From an uncultured Gammaproteobacteria bacterium (GTDB lineage: Bacteria > Pseudomonadota > Gammaproteobacteria > HK1): a stretch of DNA of 61,707 nucleotides. Location: NCBI GenBank assembly GCA_947258715.1, contig CAMYJH010000029.1, forward strand, positions 1 to 61,707, written 5' to 3'. Position 1 is the stretch's first letter. The number at the start of each line of letters is the position of its first letter. Positions 26,101-33,996 of this stretch are shown in pieces. Below the pieces are notes generated by a model that was not told the DNA's origin, did not search any database, and saw nothing but the letters and a program-made list of their open reading frames with translations. The translations under genes were made by a program, and so were the position numbers.

Positions 26101-26424
26101 CATCAGCGCGTCCAAATGTGGGGCGTTGGTTTCCACATAAAGCGCCATCGCATCGTCGGGGGCGTGAGCGATGGCGGGCCTGAGAACAAGCAGCAGGGCG
26201 ACGGCGGCGATCAGGTAAAACCCGATGCGCGCCCATGATATGGCGTCCGGCTCGAACAGCCAGGCGTTCATGACCGCGACGGCGGCGACAGCCGCCAGAA
26301 GCATCGCCGCCAGCGCGAGCGCGGTAGCTTCCAGAGTCCGTCGCCGGCGCCAGCGCCGACGCGTGCGGGTGAGCGAGCGGTCGAGGGCAAATTCACGCCC
26401 GCGGTTTCCGGCGCCTGCGGTCAC
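23116..26424 (-). CDS. large (about 1100 aa) membrane-anchored protein with central beta-rich region and long Arg/Glu/Ala-rich C-terminal coiled coil (BatD / DUF4175-like), last gene of the MoxR-VWA operon
   Basis: In-frame ORF runs to 26907, but the upstream gene ends at 26421. GTG 26424-26422 overlaps that stop (GTGA) and is preceded by AGAGGAG. N-terminal TM helices (LALAAMLLAAVAAVAVM; IGFYLIAAVALLLVL), then heptad-rich RRGDWRPQNRQLDETLRKLRELAERQQRELE... Confidence 0.6.
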   Translation of the reverse strand: MTAGAGNRGREFALDRSLTRTRRRWRRRRTLEATALALAAMLLAAVAAVAVMNAWLFEPDAISWARIGFYLIAAVALLLVLRPAIAHAPDDAMALYVETNAPHLDALMLSAVEARALLRHEVQIRGDTSPQLARRLVDHAARECETSAAVSKLETRRTRRASIAAALVVAVGAALLSLGPDSWRHGSWLLVSSPSDAEALNPYSLHVAPGNASLLSGEDLRISATADGFDPSQVVLHYRSKGQTDWTQVPLAPTPDRAEFETFLFNVTAALDYRVTHESLQSPVFRIDVVSRPVAERIDLLYEFPQYTGRAPELVNDGGDIAAVRGTRVEVRVTPSEATSRGRLVLDGERYLDLKAEENGELRATIDVRDDGRYRVELEAESYGMAPASPEHAIVAYVDTLPKVTLLSPGRDVRVTSIEEIAVDVRAEDDVAVRELEVVLSVNGGADEIVDLSDSSGPQPIVQGQLELFLEERDLAPGDLIAYHVRARDAAGDPARQFTSDIFFMDVRPFEMSYRPSGGAGGAGGRAGAQQEETLSAQQRTLVIAMFKLLRDRASMEGEVFEKRVSTLNAAQERIRSRVEAIVRRLGARSIVELNPGYRRMAEELPQAAKSMLEVEALLALNDVKAALPAARFALLHLQRADSAFREVQVAQARQRGGASAANDLENLFRLEMDRFRNQYEDIRRGDWRPQNRQLDETLRKLRELAERQQRELERAQLRARRGGGGSDSQRALAEQVERLMRELERLTRRKSSQELRASLSALENAARAMRRSADAGDAAAGAEALDRLREASRLLDSEGPARLSRDTEEALRKAEEMAERQSDIEGDVTDRLSRGENAPAEPGDLPQRKQTLAGDVREMESQLDRLAERAGQQQQPGAARVLKEAADGLREEKIADRIRRSADGFARGSTAEQAQEEDDITRALRVLRARIASASRQIGEPGGMRLSHMLDELRGNMRGLERDQERLADQARRGPVLPGRGSRADVDPADLADYRHALEQRAGSIGGLAEALAAEPGLAGDLAALLSALEGARRQEELDAASLQLRHAELLAALKNIERELRARLEQTPPTSAAVARTEPPPSHAEIVERYYRNLSEKSSP

Positions 26425-28517
26425 GTCACGGCTCCTCTTGCCACCGAGGCACGGCGGATTGAAATTCGGTTGGCGATCAGGCTTTCCACGATCAGCGTAA
26501 GGCCCGCAATCAGTAGCAGCCAGCGCGCCGGGCCGAAGGGATCGGTCCCATCGGCCCCGGCGGAGCCCGTGTTGCCTCTGAGCTCGGAACGCGCCCGGCG
26601 CACGATGCGACGCTCGAGCTCGGCAGCCGAAAGCGCCGCGAGCACGGACTCGGTCCGAGACACGTTGACCGCAAAAGGTAGCGATGCTCCGCGGCCACCG
26701 ACGCGATGAGCTTCGTGCATCCCCGCGATGCGGGTGGCGAACAAAGCGCCGCCGGCGCGCTCTATTCTCTGCGCAACCCCTGAGGGGGTTTCTACCACCA
26801 CGGCGCCGCCTCCGGCGAGCTGTGTTCGCCACTCGGACCCGGCCCGAAGATGGCTCGCAACCTGAGCCAAGTCCACCACTTCGCCCGCCAGGTAGGCGTC
26901 CCTCCATCCACCGCGCCCGGCGAGGTAAGCTACCGCCGCCTGCACGAACGGCACGAAGCCGGGTTCCAGCGCCAGAGTGCTCCAGCGGGGATCGGCGGTG
27001 GTGGCGAGCGCCAGCGCCCGTCCCGCACCGGAGACCCGTTCCAGCAACAGCGGCGGGCCGTTGTCGAGGCGGGCAAGTACCCGATCCTGGGCCGCGGGGA
27101 CCAGATTGCGGTTTGTAACGATTTTTGCGGCGGACAATGCCATGCCTCGTTCAAGCCCGGCGGCGGTCCACAGGGGATGATCGCCGGCGCTCGGTACGAC
27201 TCGATGCGCGCTGTCCGCCGCCGTCGATTCGGCGCCCAGGACGCCGGGAAGAAAACCGCCGTTTCCGCCCGGCCAGGCGGGGCCGATCGAGGGTCCGGCG
27301 ACCGCAATCACGCCGCCGCCGCGGTCAACAAAGGCTGCAATGGCATCACTCTGAGGTCCCGGTGTGATCGCCACGTCATCGAGCACCACCACATCGAAGT
27401 CTTCAAGCAGCGCATCGGCGACCTGCTCCAGACGTACCCGCCGGATCAGGACCGCTGGCTGCCGCGCCAGGCGCAAGGCTTGCTCGAAATATACGCCCTG
27501 GTGGGCGCGGGAATGGCGCGGCTCGATCAACGCTACGGCGACGGGCCGGCGCGGGGCCAGAACCAGGTGGTAGCGATCATCAGCCGGTAGGGCGTCAGGT
27601 CCGACCTGGAGCGTGATCGGCGTCGGTCGGTCCGCGGCCAGCACCAGCGGCAGCATCAGGGTGCGGGCTTCACCGGGGTCGAATTCAAGGGTCCGCGTCT
27701 CGGCTACGCGGCCGTCCACGACGAGCTCCAGTCGGGCCGCGGCAATCGGCGCGTCGCCCGTGTTTTCGATCCGCACCTGCAGCGTGTCCGCGACGCTCCC
27801 ACCCTGTTGCGGCGCCAGCCGGGCGTCGGTAACGGTGACATTCGCACCCACTGGCGCGTCGACAGCAACGATGTCCAGGGCGACTTTTTCGCCCAGCGGG
27901 ATCGCGCTGCTGTCGTCGAGGGCGCTTCGCTGCAGATCGGATATCAGCGCCACCCCGTGCCGTTTTGCATCGCTCGAGGCGAGCATCCGGCTGGCGGCAC
28001 CAAAGGCAGCCGCATATCCCGTTCTTCCCTCGCCGGGCTGGATGCGATTCAGCGCCGCGAGGAGCAACGTCTTGTCGCCACTCAGCTCCGAGATGACCTG
28101 GGCGTGGTCCTGGAATGTCACCAGCGCCGCGCGTTCGCCGGACCCGAGCGCCTGGAGGCGCTCGCTGGCGGCGGCCGTCGCACGCTTCCACCGGTCCGGA
28201 TGACTCATGCTGTAAGAGCGATCGAGCAATATCACGACGTCGCGTTCGATTGCCGAAGCGCTGGTGGCTGACAGCTTCGCATTGAAATAGGGAGACGCGA
28301 AGGCGATAACAACTGCGGCAAGCGCAAAGCAGCGAAGCGCGAGCAGTATGGGGTTCCGGATCCGGCGCCGACGTTTAATCTCGAAACGAATCCGGCGCAC
28401 GAACATCAGCGAAGGAAACTTTCGCCCGCTCTCCTCTTCTCGCTGCACCAAATGGATGAGCACCGGCACCGACAGCGCCGTGAGCCCCAACAGCAGCCAG
28501 GGATTGATCAGTCCCAT
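26421..28517 (-). CDS. BatA-like protein: N-terminal double-TM (LIHL) domain plus von Willebrand factor A domain
   Basis: MGLINPWLLLGLTALSVPVLIHLVQRE... resembles the BatA N-terminal double-TM domain. VWA/MIDAS-like DVVILLDRSYSMS follows. ATG 28517 overlaps the upstream stop (ATGA). Confidence 0.7.
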   Translation of the reverse strand: MGLINPWLLLGLTALSVPVLIHLVQREEESGRKFPSLMFVRRIRFEIKRRRRIRNPILLALRCFALAAVVIAFASPYFNAKLSATSASAIERDVVILLDRSYSMSHPDRWKRATAAASERLQALGSGERAALVTFQDHAQVISELSGDKTLLLAALNRIQPGEGRTGYAAAFGAASRMLASSDAKRHGVALISDLQRSALDDSSAIPLGEKVALDIVAVDAPVGANVTVTDARLAPQQGGSVADTLQVRIENTGDAPIAAARLELVVDGRVAETRTLEFDPGEARTLMLPLVLAADRPTPITLQVGPDALPADDRYHLVLAPRRPVAVALIEPRHSRAHQGVYFEQALRLARQPAVLIRRVRLEQVADALLEDFDVVVLDDVAITPGPQSDAIAAFVDRGGGVIAVAGPSIGPAWPGGNGGFLPGVLGAESTAADSAHRVVPSAGDHPLWTAAGLERGMALSAAKIVTNRNLVPAAQDRVLARLDNGPPLLLERVSGAGRALALATTADPRWSTLALEPGFVPFVQAAVAYLAGRGGWRDAYLAGEVVDLAQVASHLRAGSEWRTQLAGGGAVVVETPSGVAQRIERAGGALFATRIAGMHEAHRVGGRGASLPFAVNVSRTESVLAALSAAELERRIVRRARSELRGNTGSAGADGTDPFGPARWLLLIAGLTLIVESLIANRISIRRASVARGAVT

Positions 28518-29452
28518 CAGCGCACTCTCGCCAGCCGCGCGCGATTGGAAAGATAGCGCCACAGCATGTCGTCTAAGGGCCGATCAGTGACGAAGCAATC
28601 ATAATCGATGCGCCGGTCCCCCAAGGCTCTGGCCAGGGCGGTCACGTGCGCGTCCACCAGCTCGCGGTAAGCGGCGCGTCCCTTCGGCGTCACCGGCACA
28701 CGTTCCCCGGTTTCCAGATCTTCGAGCACCGCCGGATCGGAAAGGGGCAGATCGCGCTCGAAGGGATCGAGCACGTGCAGCGCTATCACGTCGTGACCGC
28801 GCACCCGAAGCGAATCGAGCGCTACGGCGACATCCGCCGGCGCGGCGTAAAAGTCGGAAATGACGACCACGATCCCGCGCCTCCCCAAACGCTCGCTCAC
28901 GCGAGGAAGGGCCGCAGTCACGTCTCCGCTGCCTTGGGCGCGGGCGCGATCCAGCGCCTGGAGAATGGCGTTGCGCCGCCTCGCCGACGGCGGCAGGAAG
29001 TCCACCAGATCCGAATCGAAGCTCACCAGTCCCACCTTGTCCCGCTGTCGCGAGGCAAGGTGCGCAAGCGAAGCCGCCATGAAGCGGGCGTAGTCGAGCT
29101 TGGAAACCTCGCCGCTGGCATAGCCCATGGAGGCCGACACGTCGAGGGCGATGACCACGTCGGCGTTGGTTTCCGCCTCGAAAGTTTTGACGTAGATACG
29201 GTCGGTGCGGGCGAATACTCGCCAGTCGACCTTTCTCACGTCATCCCCCGGCGTGTATTGACGGTGCTCTGCGAAGTCCGTGGATACGCCGAGGTACACG
29301 GTTTTGTGCAGGCCGCTGATGAAACCATCCACCACCACCTGGGCAATGAGATCCAGGTTGTCGATGCGCGCGAGCACGTTGGGATCGAGGAATTGCGCCG
29401 GCGCGGTGCGTCCCGCCGCGTTGCCGCCGCCGGTTGCAGCGGTTGCGCTCAT
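28517..29452 (-). CDS. DUF58 domain protein (MoxR-associated VWA-like)
   Basis: EHRQYTPGDDVRKVDWRVFARTDRIYVKTFEAETNADVVIALDVSASMGY... matches the DUF58 signature (DxRxIDWkatAR). Start overlaps the MoxR stop. Confidence 0.8.
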   Translation of the reverse strand: MSATAATGGGNAAGRTAPAQFLDPNVLARIDNLDLIAQVVVDGFISGLHKTVYLGVSTDFAEHRQYTPGDDVRKVDWRVFARTDRIYVKTFEAETNADVVIALDVSASMGYASGEVSKLDYARFMAASLAHLASRQRDKVGLVSFDSDLVDFLPPSARRRNAILQALDRARAQGSGDVTAALPRVSERLGRRGIVVVISDFYAAPADVAVALDSLRVRGHDVIALHVLDPFERDLPLSDPAVLEDLETGERVPVTPKGRAAYRELVDAHVTALARALGDRRIDYDCFVTDRPLDDMLWRYLSNRARLARVR

Positions 29453-30489
29453 CGCTTCTCCGTCGGCGTCGGCATCACTTCCAATAGCTCGTCGATCAGC
29501 TGATCAACGCTGACGCGTTCCGCTTCGGCGTGAAAGTTTCTCAGCAGCCGGTGTCTGAGCACTGGTCTCGTCAGCGCGCGCACATCCTCGAATCCCACGT
29601 GCACCCGGCCGTGGGTGAGCGCCCGGGCCTTACCGGCCAGTACCAGAAACTGCGCCGCGCGCACGCTCGCCCCGTAGGCCAGCCAGCGATCGGCTAGCTC
29701 GGCGGAATGCGGACCTCCGGGTCGGGTTGCGCGAACCAGGGCGAGGACGTAGCGACTCACCGCATCGGCGATGGGCACTCTCCTGACCAGCTTTTGATAG
29801 GCAAGCAAACGCGCTGCTCCCACCACGGGTTGGAGATGGGCATCGTCCACGCTGGTCGTCGTTCGCACCACGTCGAGTTCCTGCTCCTCTCCCAGATAGT
29901 CGAGCACGATCTCGAAGGCGAAACGGTCCAGCTGTGCCTCGGGCAGGGAGTACGTGCCCTCGAGCTCAATCGGGTTACGGGTGGCAAACACGAAGAAGGG
30001 TTCCGGCAGCGTATAGGTGCGTCCCTGAACGGTAACGCGGCGCTCCTGCATCGCCTCCAGCAGCGCGGCCTGGGTCTTTGGCGGTGTGCGGTTGATCTCG
30101 TCCGCCAGCACGATGTTGGCGAACACCGGACCTTTGAGAAAGGCGAGCTCGCGGCGACCGCTTTCGGGATCCTCCTGCAACAGATCGGTGCCGGTGATGT
30201 CCGAAGGCATTAAATCCGGCGTGAACTGGATGCGGGAAAATTCGAGATCGACGCTCTCAGCGATGGTCTGCACCAGCATTGTTTTCGCCAGGCCCGGCAC
30301 GCCCACCAGCAGACTGTTGCCGCCAATGAGCAGCGTGAGCAGGGCGAGCTCCACCACGTCGTCCTGGCCGACGATGCGCTTGTGGATCTCGTCGACGATG
30401 CGCTCGAAGTCCGATTTGAGCGCGTCGGCGTATCCGCTGTCGTCCATTCCTTCGCCGCGTGACACGGCGGCAAGCCCTTCATCACTCAC
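29449..30489 (-). CDS. MoxR-family AAA+ ATPase
   Basis: IVGQDDVVELALLTLLIGGNSLLVGVPGLAKT (Walker A), ANIVLADEINRTPPKTQAALLEAMQERRVTV (Walker B / sensor). 346 aa, typical MoxR size. Confidence 0.9.
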   Translation of the reverse strand: MSDEGLAAVSRGEGMDDSGYADALKSDFERIVDEIHKRIVGQDDVVELALLTLLIGGNSLLVGVPGLAKTMLVQTIAESVDLEFSRIQFTPDLMPSDITGTDLLQEDPESGRRELAFLKGPVFANIVLADEINRTPPKTQAALLEAMQERRVTVQGRTYTLPEPFFVFATRNPIELEGTYSLPEAQLDRFAFEIVLDYLGEEQELDVVRTTTSVDDAHLQPVVGAARLLAYQKLVRRVPIADAVSRYVLALVRATRPGGPHSAELADRWLAYGASVRAAQFLVLAGKARALTHGRVHVGFEDVRALTRPVLRHRLLRNFHAEAERVSVDQLIDELLEVMPTPTEKR

Positions 30490-30520
30490 GCTTCGTCTCC
30501 CATGTTACTGAGCCGCTGTT

Positions 30521-33013
30521 TTAAGCTCCGGATGCCTCGCGGATTTGCAAAAGAAGCTCCAGCGCCTCCTCATACATAGGCGCCACTTCCAGCGCGCCAA
30601 GCACCTCGCGCCTCGCCGCCGACAGCTTGCCCGCTCGATGATGCGCCCGCGCCAGCAGGTAGCGCGCCTCGGCCGGGTCGCTGGGATCCAGAGCCACCAC
30701 CGCCTCCCGGGCGGTGGCCGCTTGCTGCCATTCGCCTCGGGACTCGCGGATCTGGGCCAGGCTGAGATAGAGCGTCGCATCAAAGGGCTGAATCAGCAAC
30801 GCCCGGTCGATCACTCCGGCAGCGGCGGCGTCATCTCCACTCTTGATGTAAAGCTCGGCCAGCCGGCGGTGGGCGTCCAGATCATCGGCATCGATGGCGA
30901 TGGATCGCTTCAGCTGGTCGACGGCCAGCTCGAGTTCGCCGCGTTCAAGGTAAAGCGTCGCGAGTAGGGGATAAGTGGAGTCAGGCCCGGCGTGCTCTGG
31001 AAACAGCGATTGAGCCTCGATAAGCGCGCTATGCGCGCGCTCGAACTCTTTCCCCTCCATCGACCGGCGCGCTTCGCGCAGCAGGTGGGGGTAACGACCT
31101 TCGGGCATGCTGCCTAGCTCGGAGTCCGCAACCGGCGTCAGCGCTTCGAGCGCGCGGCCGAATCGTTCGCGCACGAAGTCTTCGAACGCCGCGTCCACGG
31201 CCTCGGGCTCGAGCCCCAGCAGCTCGCGAAACAGATCCGATGTCGAGCGCCCATCGCGATAACCCTCAAGCATGCCGACGATGGCCTCGAATCCATGCTG
31301 GCGCTCAATCATTTCCATCAGCAGCGCGCCCTGGAAATAGGCGTGGACGACCTGCTCGGGATAGCTCGGGCGGAGGAAGGACTGGTTGAGGGCGCTTGCC
31401 GCTGCCAAGCGTCCTTGCTTAAACGCGATCAGGAATTTCGGCGTCACGTCGAAACCCCAGCCGGTGCGGGCGCGGCGCTCCTCAAACACCGCCAGCCCTT
31501 CCGAAAACCACCGCGGCACCCGCGAGTTCGTCAGTCCCAGGTGAAAGCTGTGAGCAAGCTCGTGCCAAAGAGTGGAGCCGAAATTGAGCGCGCCGAATAC
31601 GCCCGCAGAAGGAGAGTCCAGGGCCACGACGGGTCCGAAGGAGACGCCCAGGATGTCGACGCCGACGAGGCCAGTGGTCCTTACGGAGAAATCTTCGTGG
31701 CGGCGGTAGAACTCGATGCGCAGCGGTATCGGCGGGTGGTAAGCGTACACCTCGGAGAAGTAGTCGTAGGCCTGTTCGGCAATTTCGATCACGCGGGGCG
31801 CCAGCACCCGCATCTCGCGAGGGTGGGTGCTGAGCACGAAGCGTGGCGAGCGAAGCTCCTCGTAGTCGTCTAGCAGGTCCAGCAACTCGAGCGCGTTCTT
31901 GGTTCGCGGGTCGAAGGGATCGCCGCGAAACGCGACCTCCAGCGCGGCCCGTCCGGCGTCCATCTCCCCCAAGCGCAAGCGGTTTATACCGAGCAGCGCA
32001 TAGCCGCGCCAGGAGTTGGGGTTAAGGTTGACGGCCCAGAGCGCAAACCGCTCCGCACGGGCGTAATAGCGATTCTGGGCGGCAATTTCCGCCAGGGTTT
32101 CGAAAAGGGCCGTATATCCCGGCGCGTTGTCTCTGATCTCGGTGACCCGGGCGTCGTAACTCTCGCTTTCTCCGCGCAGGAATGCCAGCGCGGCCAAAAG
32201 GGTCAGGGCTTCCGGCGATCGCGGATTAACCGCAAGCGCGCGCTCGACGAAATCCTCGGATTTCTCGTACTCCTCGAACTCCAGGTGCAGACGCGCCAGC
32301 AGCACCAGCGCGCCGATGTCATTGGGACGCACTTTCAGTACCTGATGCGCTGTGTCGATGGTGCCGGTGGAATGATCGAAGTGCTGGCTGCGTGCGACGC
32401 CAAGCAGCGCTGGGGTAAACTTGTCGTCAATGCTCAACGCCGCGCGATAAGCTTCCAACGCTTCCTCGTTGTTATAACGATCCAGGAGCAGATCGCCGAT
32501 GGCGACGTGGGAGGCGGGATCGTTCGGCTCGCGCGCGATGGCCTGCTCGTAAATCCTGAGCGCGGTGGCATAGAGCGCCGGATCTTCTCCGGCGAGAGCC
32601 CAGGCGGCGTCTCCGGCGGCCCGGACCTCGGCTGCCGGCAGCGTCGTCGATCTGTCGCGGTAGGCGGCGAGCACCCGCTGGATGCGGTGGCGCCAGCCGG
32701 CAGACAGGCCGTGCACCCGCTCGATTCGGGCCATTGCCATTTCCACGTCCAAACGCGGCCCTTCGGGACCTGGTGGAATCTTCTCATAGGCGGCCAGGGC
32801 CCCCTCATTTTCGCCCGTCGCCGCCAGCGCATCGGCGAGCGTTCGCCAGGCTTCGCTCGCCTGCGGCGTGGTGGCGATTACGGCTCGGGCGGCCTCGGCG
32901 GCTTCGGCGTAACGTCCCGCGTCAAGCAGCGCGCGGGCATCGGCCGGGGCTGTTTCCGCGGCGGCAAACGGAGCCGAGACCAGTCCCACCAGTGCCAGCG
33001 CGGCCAGACGCAT
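30521..33013 (-). CDS. secreted TPR-repeat protein fused to a C-terminal HExxH (gluzincin, peptidase-MA-like) domain
   Basis: Signal peptide MRLAALALVGLVSAPFAAA. Multiple TPR-like Ala-rich repeats. Residues ~380-830 contain LWHELAHSFHLGL...WFSEGLAVFEE (HExxH ... E). ATG overlaps the upstream stop. Confidence 0.7.
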   Translation of the reverse strand: MRLAALALVGLVSAPFAAAETAPADARALLDAGRYAEAAEAARAVIATTPQASEAWRTLADALAATGENEGALAAYEKIPPGPEGPRLDVEMAMARIERVHGLSAGWRHRIQRVLAAYRDRSTTLPAAEVRAAGDAAWALAGEDPALYATALRIYEQAIAREPNDPASHVAIGDLLLDRYNNEEALEAYRAALSIDDKFTPALLGVARSQHFDHSTGTIDTAHQVLKVRPNDIGALVLLARLHLEFEEYEKSEDFVERALAVNPRSPEALTLLAALAFLRGESESYDARVTEIRDNAPGYTALFETLAEIAAQNRYYARAERFALWAVNLNPNSWRGYALLGINRLRLGEMDAGRAALEVAFRGDPFDPRTKNALELLDLLDDYEELRSPRFVLSTHPREMRVLAPRVIEIAEQAYDYFSEVYAYHPPIPLRIEFYRRHEDFSVRTTGLVGVDILGVSFGPVVALDSPSAGVFGALNFGSTLWHELAHSFHLGLTNSRVPRWFSEGLAVFEERRARTGWGFDVTPKFLIAFKQGRLAAASALNQSFLRPSYPEQVVHAYFQGALLMEMIERQHGFEAIVGMLEGYRDGRSTSDLFRELLGLEPEAVDAAFEDFVRERFGRALEALTPVADSELGSMPEGRYPHLLREARRSMEGKEFERAHSALIEAQSLFPEHAGPDSTYPLLATLYLERGELELAVDQLKRSIAIDADDLDAHRRLAELYIKSGDDAAAAGVIDRALLIQPFDATLYLSLAQIRESRGEWQQAATAREAVVALDPSDPAEARYLLARAHHRAGKLSAARREVLGALEVAPMYEEALELLLQIREASGA

Positions 33014-33996
33014 TACTGGGCCTGCTTCGCGCGGTAGGCGCGGCGATTGAGAGCAAGTTCCAGCAGCAGCGCCTCCAGCCGCTGAAGATAATCGGCGGAC
33101 TCGAGCGAGCGTTTCTTTCGTTTTGTCTCTTCGATCCGATCCACCAGTCGGCGCGCCTGGATCTGAAGCGCCAGCGCCTCGCGCCCGGCGGGCGTGTCGA
33201 TCGCGGCCGGCGCCTGCAGATGCACCCGGGCCGCCAGCATCCCATCCCCTTCATCGGCGTCCGGGTCGCGGCTTCCCGCGCCGTCACCGTCGTCATCCAA
33301 CATCGCGTGCTCGGTGCGAATGCGTCCCTCGGTCTCGAATTCGCGAGCGACTTCGCGGCTGGCGTAACGAAACGCTTCCAGCAGCGACACCTGCTTGTCT
33401 TTGTCCGCATCTGCGGCGTCTTCCGCGAAGGCATCGACGAAATGACCGCCGAATCGGGTGTGCTGGTTTTCCGCCGTGTTGGCGGTGGCGGTGATGACGA
33501 TGCGGCCGGGCGCCGAAAGCGCCTCGACGAAGGGCGCGCTGGAAGGCGCCGCGATCACCGCTACTACGGTTCTGCCGTCGAGCGCATCCAGCGCCGCTGC
33601 GAGCTCGGCGGCGGAAAGATCCGGCCCCGGAAGATTCAACAACGCCTGTCGGCCGCCGGCGGTGGCGTGGCCCAGATAGACCAGCGCCACCAAGTCGCCA
33701 TCGCCAGCAATCTTGCCCAGTCGATCAACGCTTTCGATCACCTGTTGCTTGCGCGAAACCGCGGCAATGAATTCCGGATCCCGCGACGGATCCTCCGCCA
33801 GGCGAATCACCCGCCCGGGCGAAACGCCGAGCCGGGTGGTGGCCACCTGGCTCAAGGTGGTCGCCCAGCGGTGGAAAAGATCGGAGTAGTAGGGCTCGCC
33901 GCCCAAACCAGTGACGATTAGGAGGTGCGGCTCCGCTGCCCGCGCTTGCGCGCCTGCGGCAAGCAGGAGGGCAAGCAAAAACCCGCGCGCGCTCAT
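33013..33996 (-). CDS. secreted hypothetical protein (327 aa) with acidic Asp-rich segment and C-terminal coiled coil
   Basis: Signal peptide MSARGFLLALLLAAGAQARA; start ATG 33996 overlaps the upstream stop (ATGA). No confident family assignment; a caspase/legumain-like fold is speculative. Confidence 0.5.
   Translation of the reverse strand: MSARGFLLALLLAAGAQARAAEPHLLIVTGLGGEPYYSDLFHRWATTLSQVATTRLGVSPGRVIRLAEDPSRDPEFIAAVSRKQQVIESVDRLGKIAGDGDLVALVYLGHATAGGRQALLNLPGPDLSAAELAAALDALDGRTVVAVIAAPSSAPFVEALSAPGRIVITATANTAENQHTRFGGHFVDAFAEDAADADKDKQVSLLEAFRYASREVAREFETEGRIRTEHAMLDDDGDGAGSRDPDADEGDGMLAARVHLQAPAAIDTPAGREALALQIQARRLVDRIEETKRKKRSLESADYLQRLEALLLELALNRRAYRAKQAQ

Noticed and set aside
23116-26907. 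N-terminal ~160 aa (26425-26907) of the 1263-aa ORF
   Set aside because: This stretch overlaps the upstream BatA-like gene (26421-28517) out of frame and translates to low-complexity Arg/Gly sequence. A GTG at 26424 with RBS AGAGGAG overlapping the upstream stop (GTGA) is a far better start.
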